From: Spirochaetia bacterium | GTDB lineage: Bacteria; Spirochaetota; Spirochaetia; UBA9216 | Assembly (NCBI GenBank): GCA_963675665.1 | Contig: OY776510.1 | Location: forward strand, 2,176,001-2,240,000 | Length of the DNA stretch: 64,000 nt | Reading direction: 5' to 3' | Shown here: positions 1 through 10,102 of the stretch, piece after piece | How positions within the stretch are numbered: position 1 is the stretch's first letter | Layout: each line of letters begins with the position of its first letter | Made by a program: the position numbers and the translations under genes | The notes under the pieces: generated by a model | What the model was told of the DNA's origin: nothing | Databases searched by the model: none | What the model saw: only the letters and a program-made list of their open reading frames with translations

Positions 1-699
1 CAAAATCCGGTACTTATACCGCCATACAGTATCAAAACTGTAATGGGTGAATATACCAACAACAGTACCCAGTTCCTCGACGGGAAACTGACTGAAATGC
101 CTCCGATGAGCGGGGTGCAGAAAATGGTTCTGCCCGAACCGTGGGGCGAAACATATTTTATGCATTCGCAGCATTCGGAACCGCTTACGGTCCCGTTTGC
201 CAAAGGAATCAGGGAGAAAGGAATTAAAGAAATGACCTGGCGGCTGAGTCTTCCTAAAGAGGAGGACCTTACCTGGAAAGCGCTGGTCAGGGCAGGTTTT
301 AATGCTGAAGATAAACCGGTCCTTGTAAACGGAGTTGAAGTGAAACCTGTTGAACTGCTTGAAAAACTGGTCTACCGAAACATCGAAGAAAACAGTGACA
401 GTATTCCGGACCAGGAAGGGTATGAAATTCACTTTGCAATAGGAAAAGGAGTAAAAGCCGGCAAAAATGTTACTGCAAAGTGTACTGTCACATCGGGACC
501 GGACCCGTTATATGAAGGTTATAACGATGCCGGAACATCTATGAACTGTTCAATAGGAGCCCAGCTGCTTATGAGGAATCAGAGTATTCCCGGGGTATGG
601 GGACCTGAAGAGTATTATGATGTTGCTGAATATTTCGCTGAGGTAAAGAAAAGGCATTTCAAGGTTGAAATGGAGATAATAACAAAACGCGCTTTTTAG
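1..699 (+). CDS. Saccharopine dehydrogenase-family protein, C-terminal part (5'-truncated by window edge)
   Basis: Frame is open from base 1 (QNPVLIPPYSIKTVMGEY...); HSEPLT and C-terminal PGVWGPE motifs are typical of the saccharopine dehydrogenase C-terminal domain. Confidence 0.7.
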   Translation, partial: QNPVLIPPYSIKTVMGEYTNNSTQFLDGKLTEMPPMSGVQKMVLPEPWGETYFMHSQHSEPLTVPFAKGIREKGIKEMTWRLSLPKEEDLTWKALVRAGFNAEDKPVLVNGVEVKPVELLEKLVYRNIEENSDSIPDQEGYEIHFAIGKGVKAGKNVTAKCTVTSGPDPLYEGYNDAGTSMNCSIGAQLLMRNQSIPGVWGPEEYYDVAEYFAEVKKRHFKVEMEIITKRAF

Positions 700-703
700 A
701 TCC

Positions 704-735
704 AATCCCCGAAACTATTTTGTACTTCGGGGATT
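704..735 (+). terminator. Stem-loop just after the saccharopine dehydrogenase-like gene
   Basis: AATCCCCGAA-N12-TTCGGGGATT perfect inverted repeat 4 nt after the stop. Confidence 0.55.
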
Positions 736-829
736 ATTAAAATTAAGGGCATAGCATAACCGACAAGATAGAACTTTCAGTATAAGCAAAGCAGTTGCAG
801 TTCAGGTCCAATAAATAAAAGATGTCATT

Positions 830-858
830 AAAAAAGGGGAAGCAGGTCCTGCTTCCCC
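830..858 (-). terminator. Rho-independent terminator of the ferritin gene
   Basis: GGGGAAGCAG-GTC-CTGCTTCCCC hairpin preceded by an A-run (U-tract on the minus strand), 19 nt past the ferritin stop. Confidence 0.8.
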
Positions 859-877
859 ATATCGGCGTTTAATAATT

Positions 878-1417
878 TTACCCTGCAACCGGCTGTCCCA
901 TTATGGTCGGAACTGCCAGAACAGACAGGGCCCGGCCTGCCAGTTCGTTATCAAGCTGGTAGAGGGCGTTAGAACTGTCTTTTATTCTTTTCAATTTTGC
1001 CAGAATTACATTGGCAGAATCTTCCTCTTCAACCTGCTCGTCGACATACCACATCAGAAAACTTTCCGATGCATAATCTTCAAGTTTTCGTGAAAGTGTT
1101 ACAAGTTTATTGATTCTGCCGGTAATGTATTCTTCATGTTTTACAACGGCGTCGAAAAGCTCAACGTATGAACCCCAGGTTGTGTCCGGTCCTTCAATAG
1201 GTTGCAGAAGGGCTTTTCCTCCCCTTTCAATTAAAAAATTGAAGAACTTCATTGCGTGCATGGTTTCTTCCATATATTGGCATCTCATCCAGTTTGAAAA
1301 ACCAGGCAGATTTTCATCATCAAAATAGCTTGCCATTGACAGATAAAGGTAGGCTGAAAACATTTCGGCGTTTATCTGATCATTGATAGCATCCTGCATT
1401 TCTTTTTTTATACTCAT
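878..1417 (-). CDS. ftnA: Non-heme ferritin
   Basis: INDQINAEMFSAYLYLSMA, EETMHAMKF, WYVDEQVEEE ferroxidase-centre motifs. Confidence 0.93.
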   Translation of the reverse strand: MSIKKEMQDAINDQINAEMFSAYLYLSMASYFDDENLPGFSNWMRCQYMEETMHAMKFFNFLIERGGKALLQPIEGPDTTWGSYVELFDAVVKHEEYITGRINKLVTLSRKLEDYASESFLMWYVDEQVEEEDSANVILAKLKRIKDSSNALYQLDNELAGRALSVLAVPTIMGQPVAG

Positions 1418-1486
1418 ATTTTTCTCCTAGAGTGTTTTGTTAAAATATACTAGCAGGACTCCTTTCCAGCAAGAATTATATATAAA

Positions 1487-2314
1487 TTATTTTATACTGC
1501 CCATTGTAAGCCCCCGAACAAGGTGTCTCTGGGATATTAAGCCGAATATTATCAACGGTAAGACAGTAATTATTCCGGCGGCGCTCATGGTCCCCCAGTC
1601 AACGGATTTTTCGCTTACGAACATATTTACCAGAACGGGGAGGGTCCTTGTTTTATTGCCGCTGAGAACAAGAGCAAAAAAGAATTCATTCCAGACAAGC
1701 AAGGCGCAGAGAACTGCGGTGGCGGCAAAGCCGGGCGCTGCAAGCGGAAGAATTACCTTCCGGATAGCCGTCAAACGTGAACACCCGTCCACTACGGCGG
1801 ATTCTTCAATTTCCACCGGTATTTCGGCGAAGAATCCCCTCATCATCCAGATAACAAAAGGGACTGAAAGAAACGCGCCCATGCTGATCAATGCTGTGTA
1901 TGAGTCTGAAAGATTTAGATTTTTTGCAAGGAGAAAAAACGGAAGAACAAGCACAACAGGCGGTGTCATCCTGGCAAGCAGCACAAAGATCATAACCGCT
2001 GTTTTGCTTTTCATACGAAAACGTGCAAGGGCATAAGCCGTAGGCGTTCCGACTAACAACGAAATAAATACCGCCATAACGGTTATATAAAAGCTGTTTA
2101 GGAAACATCCGGCGAATTCGCTGTTGGAAAAAAAGGTTTTATAATTGGCAAGCGTCGGGCTGAAACCGAACCAGAACGGTTGAAACTGGGCTGCTTTAGG
2201 TTTAATCGATGCAAAAAGAATCCAAAAAATGGGATAAAGGGTCCATACAAGCATAAAAACAACAATAAAGGCATACAGAATTCTAAGTCCGATTTTATTT
2301 TGATTTCCTGTCAT
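1487..2314 (-). CDS. Carbohydrate/nucleoside ABC transporter permease (MalG-like)
   Basis: Six hydrophobic segments; EAA loop EESAVVDGCS; WNEFFFALVL. Confidence 0.9.
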   Translation of the reverse strand: MTGNQNKIGLRILYAFIVVFMLVWTLYPIFWILFASIKPKAAQFQPFWFGFSPTLANYKTFFSNSEFAGCFLNSFYITVMAVFISLLVGTPTAYALARFRMKSKTAVMIFVLLARMTPPVVLVLPFFLLAKNLNLSDSYTALISMGAFLSVPFVIWMMRGFFAEIPVEIEESAVVDGCSRLTAIRKVILPLAAPGFAATAVLCALLVWNEFFFALVLSGNKTRTLPVLVNMFVSEKSVDWGTMSAAGIITVLPLIIFGLISQRHLVRGLTMGSIK

Positions 2315-3192
2315 TCGACGCCTACCTTCTTAATATATATAAGGGTGAAAAATAATGCGATAAACATGGTCAGTATCCCGACGGTCCCTGCAAGTCCCAT
2401 TTCATATGACTGGAAAGCCAGCCTGTAGCCGTAAAACGACAAAACCTCGGATGAAGCGCCGGGACCTCCCCCGGTCATTATACTCACGGTATCGAAAATC
2501 CTTAAAGCGGTAAGGGTTCGTATAACGACCGCAACAAGTATGGAGGGTTTTAAGAGAGGCACGGTAATTTTCCAGAACCTCTGCCATGCGTTTGCGCCGT
2601 CCATGACAGCCGCTTCGAAAGGATCAGTCGGCAGCGCTTTCAGCCCGGCAAGGGTTACCAGAACAACAAAGGGAGTGAACTGCCAGATGTCAACAAAGAT
2701 AAGGACAGGAAGAACGGTATGAGGATTTGCAAGCAGCGGCATTTCAATAAGTTTTCCCATGCCGATATTTCTGAGAAGTTCAGGAATGGGCCCGAAGGTG
2801 TTGTTAAGAATAAATTTCCAGGCAAAGCCAACCACAACCGGGGCCATCATGAAAGGAATAAGAAATACGGACTGGATGATATTGTGGCCCCAAAAGTTAA
2901 GGTTCAATACAAGCGAGATTACAGTTCCGAGAACCATCTCTATAAAAACCGCTGCTATGACGAATACAAGCGTGCGCCCGATAGTTTCCCAGGTGAAGAA
3001 ATCACGCAATACTGCAACGTAGTTTCCCAGTCCTGTAAACCTTATTCCCAAATCGGGCCTGATTAAAGACCATTTGAAAAAGGTGATGCCGATTGCATAT
3101 GCAAGGGGAATAATAAATATGATGAATAAAAATAGAAGCCCCGGCAGAAGATACTTGCCGGCTTCGATTCTTTCACGTTTAATTTTCATCAA
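2311..3192 (-). CDS. Carbohydrate/nucleoside ABC transporter permease (MalF-like)
   Basis: FTGLGNY, DIWQFTPF, EAAVMDGANAWQRF EAA motif; 4-bp overlap with the next permease. Confidence 0.9.
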   Translation of the reverse strand: MMKIKRERIEAGKYLLPGLLFLFIIFIIPLAYAIGITFFKWSLIRPDLGIRFTGLGNYVAVLRDFFTWETIGRTLVFVIAAVFIEMVLGTVISLVLNLNFWGHNIIQSVFLIPFMMAPVVVGFAWKFILNNTFGPIPELLRNIGMGKLIEMPLLANPHTVLPVLIFVDIWQFTPFVVLVTLAGLKALPTDPFEAAVMDGANAWQRFWKITVPLLKPSILVAVVIRTLTALRIFDTVSIMTGGGPGASSEVLSFYGYRLAFQSYEMGLAGTVGILTMFIALFFTLIYIKKVGVE

Positions 3193-3208
3193 TATGTTTT
3201 CTCCAGTA

Positions 3209-3233
3209 CGGCTGCCGGAATGCCCGGCAGCCG
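3209..3233 (-). other. GC-rich intercistronic hairpin after the solute-binding protein gene (likely mRNA stabiliser or attenuator)
   Basis: CGGCTGCCGG-AATGC-CCGGCAGCCG perfect 10-bp stem between the SBP and permease genes. Confidence 0.6.
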
Positions 3234-3243
3234 CAGTTGATTA

Positions 3244-4608
3244 TTAATAATACCCGTTTTCTTTAAGCAGTTTCTCAGTCTGTTCGGCAGCTTTGCCCAA
3301 TGCTTCTTCAGCGTTCACGTTTCCGATCAGGAAATCCGATACCGCCGGAGCAATATACTGATTTACTATTGTCATCCCTTCGGGGATGAGGGGAACCATC
3401 GGTGTGGGGACACAGGTGCCGAGGGCTTCCTGGAAGGGTTCAATCCAGGGAAGTTCGTTTACAAGATCAGGGTCGTCAAGAGCGCTCAACCTGGTCGGGA
3501 TTGTTCCCGTCGGAGCTGCTTCGGCAAACTGCTTTGCTTCCGTGACATATTTTATCCATTCGAGGGCAGCTTCCTTGTCAGTTGCATCGGCTGCTACGGC
3601 GAATCCCCATGATATATAGAGCCTCGGACGTTTGAGATCAAGAGCGTTTTCCGGTTTTGGAAATCCGGTAAAAGAAGCTTTGCCGACTACGCTGGAGCTT
3701 TCGGTGTCATTTACATGAAACATTGCAGTGGTCCATAATTCGGCCATTGCGCTTTTCCCCATCTTGAATTCCGTAAGAGCTTCCTGGAAATCATAATTCA
3801 GAGCTGCTTTATTTGTATATTCAAACATAGCCTTCATTTCATTCAGGCTTTCGATGCCCTCAGCGCTGTTGAAAACAGGTTTCATATTGTCGTCGAGAAG
3901 ATTCCCGCCTCTTGCCCATAATCTGTTCATGAAATGGGTCGCCAGGAAAATGCTTCTTTTTCCCATAAGGGTTACGCCGTAGAGTTCCGGCGGCCGGTGA
4001 AAGAACTCGGCAATATCGGCATACTGTTCCAGACTTTTCGGCGCCGCCAGTTCATATCCGTATTTTGCTTTGAAATCGTCTTTTTCTTTCGGGTCTTCGA
4101 AAAGATCCTTGCGGTAAACAACTCCCCCGACCTCATTCATATAGGGAACGAAGTAAAGCTTGCCGTCAAGATAGGAACTTGAGAGTCCCGGCATGTCTTC
4201 AGACAGCGACGGTTCGTTATCAACAAATTCATTTAACGGTTGAATATAGCCTGCATTTGCAAGAGCAGGGTACCACAGCATGGAAACATAGGGCACATCA
4301 AACCCCGCCTGCCCGCCGGTGAAATTCAGCATCAGCTGATCGAAATAGTTTGCGTACGGGTGCTGGGTTATCTCAAGATGAATGCCCGAGTCAACCTCAA
4401 AGCCCCCCATCCTGGTTTTCCATGCCTCGGTATGCGAACCCCTTTCGCTGACCAGTCTCAGAACAACGGGATCGCCGCCGGCCGCGGAATCAGGTGCTGC
4501 TGCTTCCTGGTTTCCTCCGGCGCTCAGGTTGAAGAGTCCCCCTGAAACAAGAACCATTGTCATGGCAATAAACATCAATGACTTCAAACACTTTTCTTTT
4601 TTATTCAT
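3244..4608 (-). CDS. Extracellular solute-binding protein (family 1, sugar/nucleoside ABC)
   Basis: Signal peptide ending SAGGNQEAA (spirochaete style); YRKDLF, PKSLEQYADIAEFF motifs. Confidence 0.88.
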   Translation of the reverse strand: MNKKEKCLKSLMFIAMTMVLVSGGLFNLSAGGNQEAAAPDSAAGGDPVVLRLVSERGSHTEAWKTRMGGFEVDSGIHLEITQHPYANYFDQLMLNFTGGQAGFDVPYVSMLWYPALANAGYIQPLNEFVDNEPSLSEDMPGLSSSYLDGKLYFVPYMNEVGGVVYRKDLFEDPKEKDDFKAKYGYELAAPKSLEQYADIAEFFHRPPELYGVTLMGKRSIFLATHFMNRLWARGGNLLDDNMKPVFNSAEGIESLNEMKAMFEYTNKAALNYDFQEALTEFKMGKSAMAELWTTAMFHVNDTESSSVVGKASFTGFPKPENALDLKRPRLYISWGFAVAADATDKEAALEWIKYVTEAKQFAEAAPTGTIPTRLSALDDPDLVNELPWIEPFQEALGTCVPTPMVPLIPEGMTIVNQYIAPAVSDFLIGNVNAEEALGKAAEQTEKLLKENGYY

Positions 4609-4639
4609 ATCTCCCTCCGAAAAAATTGTTTTGGTTATT

Positions 4640-5476
4640 TCAAAAACTGAAGTTTTTAAAAGTTACATTTGATTTTTGCCTTTCTGACTGAAAGGCCCTG
4701 ACTGCTGCGTTAAGAGCTATTTCAATCGATTTGTCGACTCCGCCTGTGACGGCGTCGCTCTGAAAATCCTTTACTGATAAATCAACCTCGTCGCCGGCGG
4801 CCTGCAGGTACCTGTTTGCATAAACGGTCCCGATCATGGCGGTTGAAACACCGCGCAGGCTGCCTATCACCATTAAGGCCGAGGCTTCCATCTCCATCGA
4901 GATGACGCCTTTTCTGTTCCACTGGTGAAAATATTCCTGTGAACGGCTGAAAAAGGCCGAATGGGTCCAGTTGACTCCGGTATGGAAAGAAACGCCTGTT
5001 TTTTTCGCTTCTTCAACCAAAGCCGAGTAAAGAAAGGGATCGGCAACAGCGGGGTAATTATCAGGCACGTAATACCTGGACGCTCCGTCATCCCTGATAC
5101 ATGCGAAAGGAATTGAAAGATCTCCCTTTTTCATGCCGGGCTGCAGCGCGGCAACACTGCCCACGCGCACAAGGATTTTAGCCCCGATATTTATTAATTC
5201 TTCATATACTATTGAAGCTGCGGGTCCCCCCATTCCGGTAGATGTTACTGAAACCGGCGTTCCTTTATATTCTCCGGTATAAGTTATCAACCCCCTGTTT
5301 TCCATTATCTTTTTTGCGGATGTCATTTTGTCTACGATTTTCAGCACTCTGCCCTGATCTCCCGGAACTATAACAATAGGGGCAATGTCTCCTTCAGCAC
5401 ATTGAATATGGTATTGTTTTTGTCCCTCAAGTCCGGTCCCTTCAAGGTAGTTGATATCAGCCATCCAGCTTTGCAT
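4640..5476 (-). CDS. Nucleoside phosphorylase (uridine phosphorylase-like, PNP_UDP_1)
   Basis: QYHI, VPGDQGRV, STGMGGPAASIVYEEL, RVGS, MEMEAS motifs. Confidence 0.88.
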   Translation of the reverse strand: MQSWMADINYLEGTGLEGQKQYHIQCAEGDIAPIVIVPGDQGRVLKIVDKMTSAKKIMENRGLITYTGEYKGTPVSVTSTGMGGPAASIVYEELINIGAKILVRVGSVAALQPGMKKGDLSIPFACIRDDGASRYYVPDNYPAVADPFLYSALVEEAKKTGVSFHTGVNWTHSAFFSRSQEYFHQWNRKGVISMEMEASALMVIGSLRGVSTAMIGTVYANRYLQAAGDEVDLSVKDFQSDAVTGGVDKSIEIALNAAVRAFQSERQKSNVTFKNFSF

Positions 5477-5491
5477 GTTTACCTCCTTCTG

Positions 5492-6247
5492 TCAGAAATG
5501 TCTTTTCCTCACGACCAATAGTTCAAACCGGTTTGTATCTATATAATCAAGAGAGAACATGATTGCTCTTCCTGATTTATCGTAATATGTTTCTTTCAGC
5601 CGCAGAACGGGCGCGGAGTCCGCGACCCCAAGGGCGTTTGATGTTTCGGGGGTTGCTTCAATTGCTTCTATTTGGGCAACAGCATGTTCAACCCCGGATT
5701 CAGTTTCTTCGTCTATTATTTTAAAGAGGCTGTCGCCCCTGTCGCCGTGTGTTTTTATTTTTGCAATGAAGTCTTCATGCTTGTTTTTATACAGATCGGG
5801 ATTGATGTAGCTTATTCCAAGGACAATCTCTATTTCATCAGCAAGGTAGACCTGTTTGACCTCAATTACACTCGTTTCCTTTTCAAGATTTAAAGCGGTC
5901 AGTATCTTTTTATCGGGCTTGATTAAATTTATTCTCTGTTCCTTGAAGCCGGGTTTTTTGCCCATTGATGTTACAATATTCTGAATACCGTGCAGATTAT
6001 TCAATGCCGTAACGGCGGAAGCCCTCTGCCGGTTAATGAATGTCCCGACTCCCTGTCTCTTAAAAAGGATATCGGATTTCTCCAGATTCTGAATTGCTTC
6101 CCGGACAGTTGAGCGGCTGACGCCCATCTGTTTGGAGAGATCCGTTTCGCTCGGAAGCGGTTTTGTCTGGTCCCATTCCCTTATCAGTTCAAGCAGTTCC
6201 TCCTGAACGAGAGTGTACAGCGGTCTTTTGGTTCCTATCTTGTTCAT
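5492..6247 (-). CDS. GntR-family (HutC/UTRA) transcriptional regulator
   Basis: LPSETDLSKQMGVSRSTVREAI...RQGVGTFI winged HTH plus UTRA domain. Confidence 0.92.
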   Translation of the reverse strand: MNKIGTKRPLYTLVQEELLELIREWDQTKPLPSETDLSKQMGVSRSTVREAIQNLEKSDILFKRQGVGTFINRQRASAVTALNNLHGIQNIVTSMGKKPGFKEQRINLIKPDKKILTALNLEKETSVIEVKQVYLADEIEIVLGISYINPDLYKNKHEDFIAKIKTHGDRGDSLFKIIDEETESGVEHAVAQIEAIEATPETSNALGVADSAPVLRLKETYYDKSGRAIMFSLDYIDTNRFELLVVRKRHF

Positions 6248-6262
6248 TTTCCCTTCCAGAAT

Positions 6263-6313
6263 ATGTCGTTAGTCGTCTGACGACATTGTAGATCCGTTAT
6301 ATTATGCTGTCAA
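6263..6313 (-). promoter_or_regulatory. Sigma70 promoter (TTGACA-17-TACAAT) with overlapping palindromic operator for the GntR/nucleoside operon
   Basis: Minus strand -35 TTGACA (6313-6308) and -10 TACAAT (6290-6285); palindrome ATGTCGTTAG-TCGT-CTGACGACAT at 6263-6286. Confidence 0.7.
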
Positions 6314-6466
6314 GAAAAAGATCGGAAAAGTTGCTGTTAATTGATTTTGATTTGGATTATTAAAATATAAAAAGTGGTAACATTAATGCGTTCTGAATTT
6401 GTTGGATTTTTATAGAATAAATTTCTTTCACGAATGTAGAATATAATATAGGCTCTCATTCAGGAG

Positions 6467-7393
6467 ATGAAAATGATTGAAATTCTTCATGTTTACAAAA
6501 GCTACGGTAAGGTCCGGGCGGTTAATGACCTTTCATTCACGCTTGAGCAGGGTGAAATCTTCGGTCTGCTTGGTCCGAACGGAGCAGGAAAATCAACAAC
6601 AATCAGAATGATCATGAACATAATCAATCCCGATTCAGGGCAGATTCTTTTTGACGGCAGAAATATTACAGAAGCAGACAAGGATAGTATAGGGTACATG
6701 CCTGAAGAACGGGGACTCTACAAAAAAGTATCAGTCGAGGAGCTGCTGATATTTCTTGCCGCGCTTAAGGGCTGTTCTGCTGCCGCGGCGGTTAAAGAGA
6801 TGGATTTTTACCTCAAACGGTTCGGCCTGTTCGAATGGAAAAAGAACATGACTGATGAGCTGTCGAAAGGAATGAGCCAGAAAATTCAGTTTATTTCAAC
6901 TATTCTGCATGATCCGGACATTATTATTCTTGATGAGCCTTTTTCGGGTCTCGATCCTGTCAGCGCCGATCAGATGAGCCTTATGATTGCAGAACTCAGG
7001 GATAAAGGCAAAACAATAATTTTTTCAACGCATATAATGGCCCACGCGGAACAGATATGCAATAAAATATGTATTCTGAAGGACGGAAGCGTAAAAACCG
7101 CCGGGACATTGTCTGAAGTAAAAAGCAGACACGGCAGGAATACGGTTGTTATCGATTTCGAGGGCCGCGCCGGATTTATTGAAGAATTACCGTTTGTGCA
7201 GGAACTTATCCAGTGGCCGGGCTCGTGTGAGGTCTTGTTGAAAGATGAGGCTGATGCCGAACAGAAATTGCTTAAGGCGGCAGTCGATAAACTTAAGATA
7301 AGCCGTTTTGAGGTTCAGCGTCCCAGTCTGCATAAAATTTTTGTTGATCTGGCCGGAGAAAACGGACAGGTTCCGGAGGACAGAAATGAATAA
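6467..7393 (+). CDS. ABC-2 type exporter ATP-binding protein (NatA/YhaQ-like)
   Basis: GPNGAGKST, LSKGMSQK, ILDEPFSGLD; C-terminal PSLHKIFV. Confidence 0.92.
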   Translation: MKMIEILHVYKSYGKVRAVNDLSFTLEQGEIFGLLGPNGAGKSTTIRMIMNIINPDSGQILFDGRNITEADKDSIGYMPEERGLYKKVSVEELLIFLAALKGCSAAAAVKEMDFYLKRFGLFEWKKNMTDELSKGMSQKIQFISTILHDPDIIILDEPFSGLDPVSADQMSLMIAELRDKGKTIIFSTHIMAHAEQICNKICILKDGSVKTAGTLSEVKSRHGRNTVVIDFEGRAGFIEELPFVQELIQWPGSCEVLLKDEADAEQKLLKAAVDKLKISRFEVQRPSLHKIFVDLAGENGQVPEDRNE

Positions 7394-8618
7394 ATTATGG
7401 GTAATGGTTAAATATAATTTCAGACGAACAGCAGCCAGAAAGAGTTTTATTGTACTTACAATAATAGGTCCGATCCTGATCATTGCTGTATCCGTCCTGC
7501 CCGGGTTGTTGACTCAACGAAGCATAGGGGCTGTTGCAGAAACAAGGGTAGCTGTTTACGGTGACGGAAACGGTCTGGCTGATATCCTGGTTTCTTCGGG
7601 TCCCGATTATCTGACGGTTTTCAGGACCGATGATTTTAATGCGGCAAGGGAAGAGTGTTTTGACGGAACTCTTGACGGTGTGCTTGTTCTTCCAGACAAC
7701 GCGCTTGAGGCGGATGTTCTGAGCTTTTACACCCGCGAAGGCAGCAATATTATAATGACCGAAACCGTCCGCAATACAATAGGCGGGATACTTACTCACC
7801 TGCGTGCCGCCGAAGCCGGAATTGAACCTTCGCAGGTTGCCAGGCTTACAGCTGTGCCGGAGTTTGATATTGTTCAGCTTAACCGCGACGGCGCGGACAA
7901 AGCCGGACAGGATTTCAATGATTTTATTTACACTGCAATTGCATTTATTATGCTGCTGTATATGACGACTTTGCTTTACAGCCAGATGATCGGCCGTTCA
8001 GTTGTCACCGAGAAAACCAGCAAGACTGTTGAAGTTATGCTGTCTTCGGTAAGACCTTCGACATTGATGATAGGCAAGATCGCCGGAATGGGAATTGCAG
8101 GAATTCTTCAGTACGCTGTCTGGATTGCCGTCTCGCTGCTTCTGATGAAGGTCGTCGGTCCGGCTCTTGATCTTCAGTTGCCGTCGCTGTTGTCGGCCGA
8201 CATGCTGGGTTATCTTATACTGTTTTTTCTTCTTGCGTTCTTTCTGTATTCCGGACTGTATGCAGTATGCGGGGCTCTGGCAGAGGACGAACAGAGCTAC
8301 GGCCAGCTTCAGATGCCTTTTATCATTCCGCTTGTATTTCCGATGGTTATGATTTCCTATCTGGTAATGAATCCCGAAGCTCCCGTTACGGTATTTATGT
8401 CGTTTTTCCCTCTGACTGCACCGATGACGATGTTCGTCCGCGTGATTGTATCGCCGCCGGGAATGCTTCATATTATTATCTGCGTTGCAATTATGCTGCT
8501 TTCCATTATCGCGGTAGCTGTCGGATCCGGGAAAATCTTCCGGACGGCAATACTGCGTACCGGGAAGAGCTTGAAGCTGATCGACGGTATCAGGCTGTTG
8601 TTTGAGAAAGACGATTAA
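7386..8618 (+). CDS. ABC-2 type exporter permease (NatB/YhaP-like)
   Basis: Start at MNKLW, overlapping the ATPase stop; VVTEKTSKTVEVMLSS, GKIAG motifs; multiple TM helices. Confidence 0.88.
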   Translation: MNKLWVMVKYNFRRTAARKSFIVLTIIGPILIIAVSVLPGLLTQRSIGAVAETRVAVYGDGNGLADILVSSGPDYLTVFRTDDFNAAREECFDGTLDGVLVLPDNALEADVLSFYTREGSNIIMTETVRNTIGGILTHLRAAEAGIEPSQVARLTAVPEFDIVQLNRDGADKAGQDFNDFIYTAIAFIMLLYMTTLLYSQMIGRSVVTEKTSKTVEVMLSSVRPSTLMIGKIAGMGIAGILQYAVWIAVSLLLMKVVGPALDLQLPSLLSADMLGYLILFFLLAFFLYSGLYAVCGALAEDEQSYGQLQMPFIIPLVFPMVMISYLVMNPEAPVTVFMSFFPLTAPMTMFVRVIVSPPGMLHIIICVAIMLLSIIAVAVGSGKIFRTAILRTGKSLKLIDGIRLLFEKDD

Positions 8619-8624
8619 GATATC

Positions 8625-9968
8625 CTATCTTCCCAATAATGCAAGGGCGGCTGTTGAGTTTAAGGGTTTGGAAAAGTAGTAGCCCTGAAAGGCTTCGCAG
8701 CCGCATCTTCGAAGAAAAGATAACTGTTCCTGATTTTCAACGCCCTCAATTACCGAGTTAAGACTCATTGTTTCCAGGAATCTCAACAGGGCTTTAAGCA
8801 AATCCGAGCTTTTCTGATCGCCGGGGACGGATGAGAGAAAGCTTTTGTCGATTTTAATTCCATGAATACAGAAATCCTTAATTTCTGATAATGATGAAAT
8901 TCCTTTTCCAAAGTCATCAATTACAACCAGAAAACCGGTTTCGGACAGTTCCGTAATTCGCGTACAAATTATTTCAGAGAAATCAAGCAGCCCGTTTTCC
9001 GTCAATTCAAGAATGAGCTGTTCGGGTTTTATCCTGTTTTTTTGAATCTTCTCCTGCAGATTGTGGATAAAATCACTCTTTATTATCTCAAACGGGGAGA
9101 TGTTGATTGATATATGACAGGTTTTTCCTAAAGAGTATTGGCATCTGTGAATAAATGAACAGCATTCTTCAAGCACAAAATCGGTTATTGTGCTTATCTG
9201 CCCCGTTTTTTCAAGAATCGGAATGAAGTATTCAGGAGATATTATGCCAAGTCTGCTGCTTTCCCAGCGAATCAGTGCTTCAAATCCTATTACCGAATCG
9301 GCAGAGTCTATTTGCGGATGAAATAAAACATGCAGTTCTTTCTTTTTAATTGCATTTTCAATATTGGTTGAAATATAAACTATGTGCTGTTTCAGCAGGC
9401 AGAATTCGGGGATATACTCCATAAAATGGTTTGAGTCGTTGAATGCGGCATAATCAAGGGCTATTGCAGCTTCTCTGTAAGTATCTGTAATGTCGGTATC
9501 GTCCGTATATTTTGCTATACCCATCCTGTAGATTGGAAGAATAGAGACGCCCTCAACAATCCTGACCGATCGGTTCAGAAACTGCGACACACGGTTTTTC
9601 AGGTTTTGCTTTTCATTAAAATCAATGCCGGCAATAACAATCCTTTTATCACCCGTTCTCCGGACTACTGCTGAATTACGGAATGCGTCTGCAAGTTTCC
9701 AAAGCAGTTTATCCTGAAAAATGTTTGAGTAATGGGGGGTATCAGTGCAGTCAAAAAGATCGAAGTTCTCAATTTCAAGGATTCCGATGCAGTAAGCATC
9801 AGCCTGATTGTCCGGTGCGTTCTTCAGAAAAGCAAGTTCATCTTTAATCTGGTTTAACACAAGGTTAAATTCGCTGAGAAATATTTTGCCGTAGTGGTTT
9901 CGTATCAGTTTTCTTTCATTACTGCATAATGAAATATTCCCGTCGCTCAAAATGCTTTTGTTTTTCAT
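8625..9968 (-). CDS. EAL-domain c-di-GMP phosphodiesterase with degenerate GGDEF-like domain
   Basis: FHPQ...FEALIRW, ELTE, IDDFGKGISS, KIDKSF, EGVE, QGYYFSKP; upstream GGDEF position reads RTGDKR (degenerate). Confidence 0.88.
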   Translation of the reverse strand: MKNKSILSDGNISLCSNERKLIRNHYGKIFLSEFNLVLNQIKDELAFLKNAPDNQADAYCIGILEIENFDLFDCTDTPHYSNIFQDKLLWKLADAFRNSAVVRRTGDKRIVIAGIDFNEKQNLKNRVSQFLNRSVRIVEGVSILPIYRMGIAKYTDDTDITDTYREAAIALDYAAFNDSNHFMEYIPEFCLLKQHIVYISTNIENAIKKKELHVLFHPQIDSADSVIGFEALIRWESSRLGIISPEYFIPILEKTGQISTITDFVLEECCSFIHRCQYSLGKTCHISINISPFEIIKSDFIHNLQEKIQKNRIKPEQLILELTENGLLDFSEIICTRITELSETGFLVVIDDFGKGISSLSEIKDFCIHGIKIDKSFLSSVPGDQKSSDLLKALLRFLETMSLNSVIEGVENQEQLSFLRRCGCEAFQGYYFSKPLNSTAALALLGR

Positions 9969-10102
9969 ATATTCCGCATCCTTTTTAAAAACCTTGATGA
10001 GGTAAAAGATATTGCAGATTATTTAGAAAATACCCGTCCGTTCAGACGGAAAAACGGACGGTAACTGTTAAAGTGATGCCGTATTACTTTTTATAAATAG
10101 AG

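Noticed and set aside
1418-1490. Fur box upstream of ferritin
   Set aside because: AT-rich, but no convincing GATAATGATAATCATTATC-like match
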